From positions 1,053,199 to 1,117,198 of the forward strand of contig NW_003314309.1 in the NCBI RefSeq assembly GCF_000143415.4: 64,000 nucleotides of DNA. Direction: 5' to 3'. This document shows, piece after piece, positions 35,360 to 48,356 of this stretch. This DNA comes from Selaginella moellendorffii (lineage: Eukaryota > Plantae > Lycopodiophyta). The notes under the pieces were generated by a model, which had not been told where the DNA came from, did no database searches, and saw only the letters and a program-made list of their open reading frames with translations. The position numbers and the translations under genes are program-made. Within the stretch, counting starts at the first letter, position 1; each line of letters opens with the position of its first letter.

Positions 35360-38280
35360 AGGATACGATGACCAGTGCCTTCCTTCTATGGGCAGATAGT
35401 CGTTTACTTGAGGAACAAGACCTCGGAGAGCTTGTTGAGGCAGATGATGTCTACGCATTTGGCAATGGCTACGTCCTATTCAAGGGCGAGGAGACGGGGG
35501 AAGATGGTACACCAGGAGATCCTGCAGATGAACTGGTGGATAACCATGGCTGGCCTTACGGTGCTTCTATTCCCTAGAGCACGTTCTGTGCCCTCTTTCC
35601 AACACACTGGCCGGATCTACAAACGTTTGATATGAGGACTGCAGAAGGTCGCTTGGGAATCTTCATCACTTGCCTGAAGGTCTACAACCTGGAATTAATC
35701 TGTCAATGTTCAAGTTCGAGTGTGCTGCCTATGTGGAGCATGACTCGACCGAGTGGGAAAACTTTGGAATTCTACTTGGACAAAATGGTGAAGACGTACC
35801 CGAATGATATCAAGGCAACGAGTGTGTGTTCCATGTACGCTTTGATCCCGTTTGTTGAGAAGGCTTTATATGCGAACCAAGAAAAGCACCACATTGTCTT
35901 TCAAAGTGGGCATGATGTAAGGCCGTGCTCAAGGAAAGAGTTACTTGATTGCCTTGCTGCAGGCCTTGGCCTTGGCTTTATAGCAAGAACATCATGCACA
36001 AGGATCTGTGTTGAGATCCACCCAGATCTCATGGCAGGAATCACTGATATATTCCATGGAAGAGAAATACAAAGGTGGTGAAATGGAGGTGGAGTGGCCG
36101 AAGTTTATGAGTCCAAGAAAAAATTGATGTTTATATCAGCACTTTTAGCAAAGCATAGTCCTCTTGTTGCAAAGTCCTAACGACTTTGTTAACAACTTCT
36201 TTTCGTTCTCAAAGCTGCTTTTCATGTACTGCCAAATACGCCTCCAGTTGTTCTCATATCTAGAACTCACTGCTTGCTTCTTATGTATCACTTTGTGTGC
36301 CTTGCATACAGAAGCTCATGGACAGGCTCTATACTCTTGCTCAATGGCTATCACGAAGCAAGACAATTGCCTTGCAGCCTCTCTCCAAGCAGTGAGACAC
36401 GACGGATTTACAAGCGATTATACGAAATTACTTTTTTCTCTGGTACAACATTCATAACTCTTCTCTCACGTGTAAAGCAAATCTTCTGGACTTATATCGT
36501 CATCGTCCTTCAAGCACGTCTACTTCAATGAAATAAGGTAAGTTTCTTCTAGATGAAATGTCATTTCTTTGCCATGAACATGCAAACTCTCCAGTAATTC
36601 GTGCGCCGCCTCCAACATGCACATCACCAAGCTGGGCCTCTGGCTTCAAACAGCACTAGATGGCCAGGTTGCAAGTCCGTCCAACTCGTTCCTAGGCAAC
36701 GTTGAAATCCTCTGCCGCAAGAAAGGCCGCGAGCTTGCCAGCGCAGCTCTCCAAAGTAGAATCAGGTTCGCCTATGTTCTTTGGGATCAAACGTTTGCAA
36801 CGCTTCTCTTTGGCAAAGTGCTATGGATCCAGTACACAGGTCTGGGGATGACAGTGCCGGTCGTGTTCGTCCACATTCCTCTCAAGCTGGACGCCACTGC
36901 CACGAGAAGCTGACTGGTCAAAGAGTTTCTGATCCGGCAGAAGTACTACGTCGAGATCAGCGTCACCTAGCGCTTCACCACTCTCCCGTCCAGACAGTTT
37001 CATCGTGAATCAGTTCCAGCAAGAGGCAAACGAGAAGAAAATCAAGCGACTCTCCACCATGCCTACAACGGAAAGCTGGGCCTGTGCTACGAGATGAGAA
37101 GCTCCCTTGCGCCGTTGTGCGTGGAACTCGATCAAGGCCAAGGCATCGGGGAAGCTATCCGCGTCCAGCCACAACAGGCGGTAGAGAGACTCAGACAAAC
37201 GAACCACTACATACGGCACCTCATCTTCGTCCTTGAATACGTCGCTCACCTCCTTGTTGACGAGCTCCTTGCAATCCTCCACGGCGTCCCGGCTCAGCTC
37301 AAACTCGTACATCCCAAGCCCTGGGATCTGGCCAGCAGGATTGAAATGCGGTGAACAAACAGGTGGAAAGATCGTGATTCAAGGACGAGAGAGCCATCAA
37401 AATCTCTAGAACTAGTGCTAAGGTAGCGATTGCATGTTTTTTGGGAAGCGCCCAGTGAGACCACTACAAACAACGCATAACTCCAGCTACACACGTCATT
37501 TCTATAATGGTAACTTGGAATCCATGGAAGAAGCGAACTTTCGAGGAGAAGACGAAGACTATGATTTTCTTCATTCTTTGAAGGAAAAGAAGAGGTGATT
37601 TTCAAGCTCCAGAGTATTGGAAAACTAAAGAGAGAAGAAAAAAAGCCTTTGGGGTCCAAGGAGAGGAAAACTTAAACCCAAGCTCTTCGGCTCCAAGGTA
37701 AAAGTCCATGGCACGGCGTTCCTGCTGGACCGTTCCAATAACTCCATGGCTACCATTCCCAGGAGCTAGTGATGTTATGGAATCCTCTAATGTGACTCTC
37801 TCCCGAGGATCTGGCTCGAGTGGACAAGGAGTACCTGGAAGCCAAGAAATTCCCTTATCCAGTCCTTGATGGCATCCGTTATGTGTGTAAAATTCTTGTT
37901 CTGGTTTGGCATTTTCTTACTTTCTTTTTTCTTTCCAGACTCTAGCGTTTCTGGGGCATCTTGCACTGAAGCTCACTGAAACTCTGATCATAGAGATGCC
38001 TGACAGGCCAAGGCTGTTCAGCGATATGTCACCGAGGGCAGATGCATTGCAGCTCCGGAGGGACAAATGGAGACATGATTCTGATCCGCGTCACTACTGC
38101 CGATGTGAATGGTGTCTGGAAGCAGAAGAAGAAGAAGAAGAAGAAGAATACGCTGTTGTGGTTGATCCTCTGAGGAGCTTATTCATCTTCATTGAAGTAT
38201 TTTTGCAGACAATCTGGAAATCAACCTTGGACAGCATATGCAAGGGAAATCCAAGCTTCAAGATTTACACCTAACCAAAA
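35360..38280. pseudogene. Unidentified degenerate coding-like fragments on both strands
   Basis: Coding-like composition and stop-interrupted frames (e.g. 35632-36081 +, 36821-37312 -) with no recognisable family motif. Confidence 0.3.
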
Positions 38281-38745
38281 CCAATGGAGTGTCCTTGAAT
38301 TTCTCGTGGCTCCAACGTGTCATAGAAGTAAATTGCAGCACTCCACCTTGCTTGTGACAATTCTGCTGAACACCAGATTTAGGTCTTTCTTTTTTCTTTT
38401 TCTGTAGTGTAAAAAGCTTAAGCATTGTGAGCCACCATGCTCATTATCCGTCATAATGATAATCTTATGAGATGAAAATACCATCTGGTGGCAATTTGTA
38501 TGAAAATGTGAATTTAGGTGTTAATCTCTTTTCGAATATTCTACATCAGTAATCTCAAGAACAAATACACGATCCAAGCCCTGAGGACGTGGGTGAGCAA
38601 ATCATTTTCTCTTTTTCTTCAGGAGTATTGTCTGATTGTACGACACGAATCGTTTCTGTGATGTGTATGGCATTGCGATGAAAATTAATTTTATGACCCG
38701 TTAGATGATAGCATTTGTTTAGGGTTCCTGGCGAAGGGTAGAGCG

Positions 38746-39901
38746 ATGAGCAACGGTAAGTCACTCCCGATCGATTGGCGCCCCCGTTGCCAAGATATCT
38801 CTCGTCAGAGCAAAGAGGGAATTCCCCCTCGAAGCTGAGAGATTGGATGCCAAGCAGAATAGGGTGATCATGCCTCTGCCCTCGTAGAAGCTTTGTGGTA
38901 CCTCTATCCTCGTTTTTTTTTTCCAGGGAACTACATTGCGCCTGGAGAGAATCGTCCGTGCGTCCTGATTCTTTACGTGGAGTGCACTCTGTCTGCATGG
39001 CCTCTTCCAGCGGGTGACTGGAAGAAATCTCTGGATGGCGCTTTTGGTTTTGCAGTGGATGCGGCAGCGAAACGTTTCAACCTGCGGAAGGAAGATCTGG
39101 AGGTCAAAATCAGTGATCCTAGCTACAAGAACTCGAGGCTGAAGCCTGAGGCATGGGCCAGACAGAACTACACCAGGGTTGTTCCCAAGCCACACCAGGG
39201 ACTGGAGGGCGAAAACACGAGACTCAAAGCTCTGAACTCCAAGTTGATCCTGCAAGTCACCAAACAGAAAGAAGAGATCGAGAACAAGCTTATGAAGGTC
39301 AACAAAGAGCAAGCTGAGAAAATCCAGGAGCTGCAGAAGGACTCCAGGGAGAGCCTTAAGGAGGAGAATACCAAACTCATGGAGAGAGTGGCAAAGCTCG
39401 CGGAGGAAACTTCGAAGCTGAAGGAGGAACTTACAGACCTGAGTCGTCAGCTTTCAGCCCAGGGCCGTCAACTCTCAGCATTGGAGCAGAGGTTATCTGC
39501 ATTGCGCATGGTCGAGCGAGTGCTTCTGCAAAAGCTCTGTGAGGCCGCTCGGGAGAAATGCGTGAGGCTTGCGAGAGAAGCAGATGTGGAGATCCCACTC
39601 GCAGCCGATGGAAAAACAAATTGGAATGCGTTTTATAACATTCCAGAGTAAGTTTTTCTTTTTCTTTTTTTCTTCTGTCAACTAGTACTTACATGTGACT
39701 TTTATTTCTTTCAAAGTCGTGGCATTGTTAAACGATGCAGTGCTCACCGTGGGGCTCGAATATGCCAGATCGATCCCGCGGCGTTTGCATGCCGGTGCGC
39801 ATCAAGTGGTGGAGTCGGAGGAGGTGTTCCTGGACACAGTGCTGGAGCTGACGCTCAACGAGTTCCGGACCAAAATGGAGAACATTCTGGTGTTCGTCTA
39901 G
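38746..39901 (+). CDS. Uncharacterised coiled-coil protein (5' exons uncertain)
   Basis: ~240-codon open exon (~38925-39647) with K/E/L heptads, GT donor near 39648 and a further exon ending TAG at 39901. Candidate ATGAGCAACG|GTAAG at 38746 could not be spliced unambiguously. Confidence 0.45.
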
Positions 39902-40803
39902 CCAGCAGCTCACGCTTCTCTCCAAGCGGCCTTTAAGGCTGACTCTCCGACTGAGTAAAGGTGTGTCAATTTCAAGCTTACTAAGCATTGAGCTCTTTGT
40001 TTCTCGTGTCAGATTTTGCAACGAATCTTTGTTCCTTCGAATTTTCTCCCTTCAATAGCTATCCTTTCGAGTTCTAGAGTGTCTGCTGTCCTTAACATCG
40101 GAAGATACGAGTAAGCTGAAGTAAATGTAAAAACTCTTTTGTCGCTAAATCTTCTTGCTCATTTTCTTTGCTTGTCGAGGATCTAACAAATAGAAATAGC
40201 AAATGAGTCAAGCAAAAATAGCAAGAGGTGAAAGTTTCCTCGCGTGCTAATGGCTGACTAAGTGCACTGCAGCTCTTTTGAGCCACTTGCAGCATCTACG
40301 CAGTGGTAACTGTTACCTAGAACTTCTACTTGTGTTGCTGCTTCTTCCAGTCCTCCATGGCTTTCAAGATTCTTTTTTTGCTGGGGACCTTCAACGCCCA
40401 CGATTTTCTTTGTCTTTTCAGACTTGGAATCTCTCTCGGGAGGCGTCGAAGGTAGCTGCAAGAGGCCAAATCCCATAGCAATCTTGCCAACCTGCAGTTT
40501 CTTCCACGTAAATACAAATAGAGAACAAACCGGAAAATGTAGTTACAGTGGTGCTGCTCTTGTATGCTCGAAAATATGATACAAATGCTTTAAGTCTTTT
40601 CTCCAACGCCCGACTCTGCAAACAAACGTGTTTGGATCTTGAGGAGGATCATAGTGGGCTGCGAAGCGTAAGTGAACTTTACCTGAACAATCCAGTTGAC
40701 ACCAGGTTATATCCGCGAGCAGTGCAGAAGAGCACACCGGATGGCAAGGCATTTTTACGGGATTTCTGCAATAGGACCTGCTACTCAGATGAGACATGAT
40801 GGG

Positions 40804-40860
40804 ATTTTGGGATTGCTAGTCTCCGGGCACGAACTTAGTGCAAGTTCTAATATCATATGA
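40804..40860 (+). repeat. Inverted copy of a P450 coding segment (41774-41828)
   Basis: 40804-40844 is the exact 41-nt reverse complement of 41788-41828; imperfect match continues for ~16 nt. Confidence 0.92.
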
Positions 40861-41111
40861 GAATATGCTAATAATAACAAATGCATGGCCTTTAATTTTA
40901 TATATTTTATTCTGGTGCCTAACAGTGTCAACTTAAGTTAAAAAAGAGTATAGTTATCGCAAGTAACATCTTATTGAATCTTATTAAGATACAAGCTCAT
41001 ACCACAGAAATACATATATAGTTCCACACAAAGATTTTGTCCAGTCTCCACCAGCAGTCCAAGGACCGAGTTTATTAACGTATATGGGACTTGGCCGATA
41101 TGGTCCAGCTT

Positions 41112-42653
41112 CTAAACTAGACGTAATTCTAAAGGGAGACCATGAGCTGGGACAGCAACCGGAGATATTTTGATTGGTTCATCAGGTTCCATAAGGGTCC
41201 AGTCGAAGCGAGTGGTAATATGATGAAGAATCACCAAGCTGTGCATTTTCACCTGTTCAATGCCCCCACAAATGCGAGGGCCTCCACCAAAGGGAAAGTA
41301 TGTATATGGATTGGGCCCAGCACGTTCAAATCTTGAAGGATCAAACTTTAGAGGATCCGGAAAGAACTCTGGCGTTGTATGACTGTTGTATACTGCCGAA
41401 AACATCTGCAAATAACTGGTATTAATTAACTGTACCTTTGAATCATGACAGTATGTATTATACGACAGTACCTGCCATCCTTTGGGAATGGTGTATCCTT
41501 CGAGTTCGACGTCAGTAAGTGTTTTCCTGGCAACAGCTGGTGCAGTGGGTCTCAGCCTTAGACTTTCTTGGACGACTCTCCACGAGTACTTCATTTGCTT
41601 CAAGTCTAGTGGTTCCAGTGGTTCTCGTGGACGTTTGAACGATCCTATTTCGCAATGAACTGTCCATAAAATCGTATAAAATCGCTTCAGGGTTTAAAGG
41701 ACTTCCCTTGGACTACTCTCACCTCTTTTCATTTCTTTGTAGACTGTCTGGTTCTCCACAAGGCTCTTGATAGTCATTGATATTGAGCTTGCACTAAGTT
41801 CGTGCCCGGAGACTAGCAATCCCAAAATGTTGTGCGTGATTTCATTGTCTGTCATTGCAGTTCCCTCCTTCGATCTGGTGGACAGCAGCATTGATAAGAG
41901 ATCTTGATCACGAGCTGGTGAAAGCTGTGAGTTTATTCTTCTCTTAGCTATGTGTTTTTCAAGTATGTTGCATATTTCCTTTTGTCCCAACTTTGCTCTG
42001 TGGAAGGCTGTTCCAGGAAGATTGACTGGTATACTGATTATCCCATGGATCACCTTCTCAAACGGTTCCATGAGTTCCATTACCTCTTTCTCGTCTGTTA
42101 AGCCGAGGTACATGTTGCATACGATGGAGAACAAGCATCTCTTGATCAGTGGATATACACGGACAAGCTCTCCAGTAGGCCAGGAGTCCAGGTGTTTCTG
42201 AACAATGACGCTGGTGCTAGTTACATACCTTTTCATGCATTCTGGACCCAGGAATGAAGTTATCAGTTGGCGAGAGCCGCTTGCGTCTGGGCGAACAAAA
42301 GCACTCTCGGGAAACAATTTTATAACCGGCACAGGCCATGACTTGGTGATAAGTGTATGGTTGGTGTCAGCGAACATGAACCTGGTGCCGACAGGTGGGG
42401 AAACAACAACAACAGGCATCCCAAACAACCGGGTTTTGTACACCTTTCCATACTTGGCTTCTCTAACTCTGAAGAACTCCCAAGGCTGGTTGCTTACTAA
42501 AGACCGAAGAAATGGCAGAGTTTCACCAATGAATGGCAATCCCATGTTCCCGGGTGGGAGAGAAGCATGTTTTCTTTTTCTATTTCTATTTGTGAAGGTA
42601 AACCAAATCACTGAAATGACAAACAACAGCACGAAAAACAATGCCTGAGACAT
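41112..42653 (-). CDS. Cytochrome P450, CYP85 clan, CYP716-like; exons 42653-41723, 41659-41472, 41405-41112
   Basis: N-terminal anchor, LPPGNMGLPFIGET, PGTAFHRA, MKYSWRVVQESLRL (ExxR), GYTIPKGW, KFDPSRF, PYTYFPFGGGPRICGG (heme Cys). Confidence 0.92.
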
Positions 42654-42682
42654 GTTCGCTTCTCACGAGTTCGTCTTTGAAC

Positions 42683-42925
42683 TTTTATGCTTCTGGAGTC
42701 AGTAAGTCCGGTCCGTCTTTGATTTGACTGGGCATAGTGGTCTATGCACGCAAAAAGACTTGGATTTTTATGCTTCTTGGGCAAAGTAAGTCCGGTCCGT
42801 CTTGACTTGACTGGGCATTATGGTCTATGCACGCAAAGAGGCTTGGAATTTATGCCTCTAGAGTCAAAGTAAGTCCGGTTCATCTTAACTTGACTGCGCA
42901 TAGTGGTCTATGCATGCAAGAGCTT
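42683..42925. repeat. Three tandem ~82-bp repeats in the P450 proximal promoter, containing W-boxes
   Basis: Unit TTTATGC..AGTAAGTCCGGT..TTGACTG.GCAT..TGGTCTATGCA.GCAA repeated 3 times. Confidence 0.9.
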
Positions 42926-43858
42926 TTCAAAGGTGGAGTAGTGTGAACTGCCCCATTGAGATTTCTTCAAAGAAGGCTGAAGTTTTGAGACTCCATGGTC
43001 TGATATGTCTAGTCCTTTTTTTCAAGTTCATTTTACGTAACTCATGGACTTGTAACGCATAAATTGTTAGCTCAAAACCAGGACACACCTCAGTCTTAGT
43101 AGAGAAGATGAAGAAGAAAATTCATTGAACGTTCACTCATTGAACTCACCCACAGGACAGCCGCAAGCAGCAACCAATCATAATTGGGAGGAAGATTTCA
43201 AAGATGTGTGATTCTGTTGTTACTTCATACACAAGCAAGCCTTGATCATTCTTTCAACTGTCTCTAATATATTCAAATAAAGCAAGTAAGCCTTCTTGAA
43301 AGACAAGAGTGATCTTATTCCTTTAAACATCACATTGAATTCTTGGTTGAATATGACTGAATCTTGGCTTTAAGTCAAGTCATGTAACCAGCATTATTTT
43401 GTTGTTTGAGTCCATAGGACTCTCCACATCTTCTGACTTTACATGTCTTTCCCCTCTTCTACAACTCTTAGCACCGACATAACTCACTCAAGTCTTTGTA
43501 AATTCATGGATGCATAACTATTGTTGGGAAAGTTATCTATGATATGAGGTAGTGGAAAAGTAGATTTCCATAAAGTTTACGCTACTTGAAGGCGGTGGAA
43601 AAAAATATTTTTCCTTAGCATAACTTATATGTATAACTTGTGTAGTGTGGCCACTATATCTACTCATGTTTGTTATCTCAGTGTTACACTAAGAATATTT
43701 TAGATACTTAAATGGATTTTCATGACAAAATTTTCAGAAGTTTTTCATGTGGTTGATATCTCAAGGAGGATTTCCAAATTCTTGTTACTGAAGTGTTAAG
43801 TCAGAATTTAGTCATAAGAATTAAATAAAGATATTCACAAATAAAGAAATTTAACATT

Positions 43859-46800
43859 TGTGAGTGCATGGAATATGGAAAGGGAATACAAAAAATGTGC
43901 ATATCAATTAGCCCAAAAATCTTAACTTATATACAAAAGAAAATGGTCCAGATTAAAACCAATCTAATGGCTACTAAAATCTCACTATGCTAATGTTAGT
44001 ATACAACATTGTAACTATACACTTGAACTTCATATTACCTCTTCTTGGAATAATGGAAGACAATTGTTCCTAGTCCTTTTGTATGAAGTGTTTCAACTGT
44101 TGTATATTCACAATTTCTGGTAGATCAGCCTATTGGATGTCATGCCAAACCTCATAAAATTGCCTGATACGGTCCTTTCCATTAAGCAAAGAGCCTCTTA
44201 GATAAACCATGTACCATAAGATGGGGAAAATAGACTAACACCAAATCATCCACTTTGTACTTCGCAGGTGAACGATGATGGGGGTTGTAATGCCGTTGTT
44301 ATCCCACTTGTATGTGGCCAAAGTGTTTGGTAAACTTTATTTGAACAAGTAAAAGAATGCTCATCAAATACTTATCCTATAACCTAGCATCGATAACTCG
44401 TAATAATCATACAGGTAAATCCAACTTCGTTGGTAATATTGGATCATGACCATATAGGAGTTTATATGGTGAAGCATTAATAAAACTCTGCACCCCTGTG
44501 ACATATGCATACCCAAGAGACGGCAAATAACCATCCCAGTCTGAATACTGAAAGTTCATGTACTTCGTAATTATCCCTTTGAATGTCCAAACAAGCTATT
44601 CCATCAAACCGTTTAATTGTGGATAATAAGCACTTATGAAAGTGTGGCATATCACCAAGCGAAATGTCAAAACATGAAATACCTCAATTATAAATGTGGG
44701 ACCATTATTCGAAAGAATCTGCTTCGAACAAAAATGCTGGAACACCACTTGATTAAGGAGGAAGTATCCAACAGTAAGTGCAAAGGCACTAACAAAAACA
44801 CCAACTTCCATCTAACAAGTCAAATAGTCAGAAGTAATAATAACATACTCACTATCAATAATCTATCGTGGAAAAGATCTTATAAGATCAAATGCCACCA
44901 ACTCAAATGGATGAAGAATTGCAATTGACTTCAACCGTCCTTCGACAACACGAGGGGGAGTATTACAAGTTTAGTACCAAATGCAATTACACATATGTTG
45001 GATAACATCATGTCACATCTTCGGCTAATAAAAATACTTATGCAGCTTCTCAATCACATGACAATGTCTCATATGCCCGCATAGAATAGGAGAATCATGG
45101 TAGGCATGGAAAAACCGTGGAATAAAGATTGAAGGCATCACCAGCTGTAAATGATCATCAAGATTTGTCCTCATAAAATAAAGAAGGCTATTTTTTAGGC
45201 GATATTGAGAATGTAAATGCCAGAATGACAAATCATCAACAAGTGATGCAGGATTTTCAAACTCATCTCGAAGCTTTCGAATCCATAGCTCAACCTGTTG
45301 AGCTTTGCAAACTTTATTAAGAGAAAGTAATTTTGCTCTACACTTTGTGGACACTGAATGTCAAGTATAACAACTACCGATAGTAGAAAATCTTCGTCTA
45401 GAAAATCCATAGATGCTAGAACAATAAGCTTATAAAAAACATAAGAAGAAAGTGAAGAAGAAAGAGGAGCTCGAAAAAGGGCATTAGTATCAAGCATAAA
45501 ACTCCCCGGGTGATGAATAACATCAAAATCATATATTTGAAGCTTCAAAGCCCACCGAGCAGTATGACCAATTAGGTTTTTTTACTTCAATAATGAAGTA
45601 ATGGCAACATGATCACCTTTTAGTAATGTCCTAAAACCATGTAGATATACATGAAGTTTCTCAAAACCTTAAATTGTTACTAAACACTCCTTCTCTATCG
45701 TGGAGTAATTTACCTCTGTTGGTTATAATATATGGTTTATATATACAATGGGATGGCACTGACTAAGCACACTTGAGCTTTCTTGCATCAACACAACTCT
45801 AAGACCAATATCAAAAGCATCCATATGTAAAATGAAAGGTTAAGTGTAGTCAGGATACTCCAAAACTGGAGGAGTTGTCAATACTTCTTTGAGATCCATG
45901 AATGCTCGCTCACAATTTGTAGACCAAATGAAAGATGACGTTGATGACTTTAGCAACGCTTGCAACAGTGCAGTGTGATTAGAAAGATGATCCACAAAAT
46001 GACCTAGATATTGCACATCATTCACACATTTCGGAATAGGAAATTTTATAACAGCCATAAGTTTGTTAGAATCAACTTGTAAACCCTTATGAGAAATACA
46101 GTACATTAGACCCAAACATGCATTTTAACCACTTCAACTTTAAACCAACTTTTTATAGCTGATCCAACACTTTACAAATATCATGAACCTATTCCTTTCA
46201 CATCCCCTCCGAGTGGATCAAGACATCATTAATGAAGTCAGCAATCATCTTTAGCATATTGCAAAGAACCTAGTCCATCATTCGCTAAAAAATCACTAAA
46301 GCATTGTTCAAACTAAATGGCATCACCAAGAATTCATACAAAACAAATAGTGTATATAAAATAGTCTTAGGAATATCTTTTTTTAGCCCTTGGTACTTGT
46401 CAGTACCCAAAAGAAAGATTGAGCTTGGTGACCCAACGACTTCTCCCCAACTGATCTAAGAGATCAGCAGTGTGAAAAAGAAGGTACACATTTGAGATTA
46501 TCACTTCATTTAACAAATGATAGTCGAGGCAAAAACAAATACTCACATCAAACTTCGTCAAAAGATAAAATTCACATGCTAAGGATTCCACGACATTCGA
46601 ATAACACCATTTTCCAACATTTCCTTAGCGTTTGCATGTAAAATCTTAATCTTTTTAGGTGACCAATGATGAACATAAACCTTAATTAGACGAGCATTTT
46701 CAGTTAGAATCGGATGACATGTGGCAATCTTGGCTTCAGACAATATGTCAAATTTAAAGAGATCGGCATACTCCTTTATGAGCTGGTCAACCGCTGTAAC

Positions 46801-48301
46801 ACAAAAACCGTTGGAGGGATCGGAAAAGGGAAAAGTGGAACAAAATGGAAACATAAGAGGAAGTAATAAGAGATAAAAGTAATGGAAGCAAAGGTAGAAT
46901 CAGAAAGACCAAAAGATTCAAAAGTGAGAGGAATGGATAAAATATAAAGAAGTATAAAATAAGGGGGAGAAGCCTCAAAGTACATTTGGCATGATTATCT
47001 TGCAACTAATCTATATCAAAAATAAAGTCAAAAACTTGACTTGGCACCATTTGCAATTACTCAAATCAAAGCTCAAGATTGCCTATACACACAATAAGGT
47101 CCACCTCATCCTATGCACATGTATGTGTACAGTCGTTGCCATAAAGAATGAAAACTAGTTCTACCACATGATGCAAATCAACAATGAACATCATGGCCAT
47201 GACCACGTCCTCACTCTTGTCCTTAAACTCAAGCAGTAGCAACATCAACCTCCATTGGAATAAGACCATCTCCCATATGAAATGGGGTTGAAGGATGTGC
47301 AACAAGAAGTGAAAGAGGTGGCGACATTTTATAACATTGTGCCAAGCAAAGGGTATTGTCAAAGGTAGCTAAAGCAAGTGCATGCACAAGTTCTACAAGA
47401 TCTTCATGAAGTGCTAGCCACAATATCCCCAGCTTGATCTACTTTGACATATTTGGCTTTGCATGAAGCAAAAATCTTTGGAAATAAATGTCAAATTGCA
47501 TCATCGACTCAGATAGCCCTTAATAAAGATGATGCAATTATTAGAAAGCATCATCACAATCGTCAACCTATCTGAATGTGCATTTGAAGATGTCCATGAG
47601 AATATTTCAATCCTCACAAGTGGCTACATTCAAACCATTATATCACTACAGCACCATCCCTTAGAAATATGTGGGAAACTCATGTAAATATCGAGCATCA
47701 TCTTAAGAATGATATGTAGCAATCATTGTGAAATGATGGAACTAGTAAAACACATCATCCCCAGGATTCCCACGAAAGAACTCGGATTGGCACCAAAAAA
47801 AAAAGGAGTTGTACCACATGCCATGAATGTTGCCATCAACTGAGTTTAGTTATGCAATTGCAATTATATAATATCAAGCAATTGTACCAATTGCTGCTCC
47901 AAAGTGAAAGGAGGAAGAGATTGTTACTCTATCATGAAGATGAATAAAAATGAAAGAGCAAAAAAAAAGAAATGAAAAAAGTTAGAAGGAAAGGGAGATC
48001 TAAACAATGCAAAGGCTAGATTTAAACCAAAATCTTGAAAGGAAAAAACAAAAGAAAGGAAATAGAAAAAGCTAGATCTAGACAATACAAAAAGTTAAAG
48101 TTAAACTAAAATCCCAAATCTAAACATTCTTCAGGGACAATTAAAAATGCCCTTCACCTCCATTGATGTGAGTGCATGAAATATGGAAAGGGAATACAGA
48201 AAATATATATATTAATTAACCCAAAAACCTTAAGTTATATACAGGTCTAGATTGAAATTAATCCGACAATTATAATAGTAAACATACACTTAAACCTCAC
48301 A
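43859..48301 (-). mobile_element. Full-length but decayed short-LTR Ty3/gypsy retrotransposon
   Basis: LTRs 43859-44034 and 48167-48301 (outer ends TGTGAG...CTCACA); flanking CATT/CATT duplication; PPT adjacent to 44035. RT (DLLDQLG..KLNL..GY), RNase H (LTTPPVL.YPD; LQIYDFDVIHHPG) and integrase remnants in gypsy order. Confidence 0.88.
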
Positions 48302-48356
48302 CATTTGAGTTAAGAGAAAAGCTTTTGGGTTACTTATTTTTACAAATGGTTTAAAG

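Noticed and set aside
43000-43858. Possible lost kinase domain of the BRL-like RLP beyond the gypsy insertion
   Set aside because: No kinase motifs seen on the minus strand; the RLP stop codon precedes the insertion and the TM region has normal RLP features.
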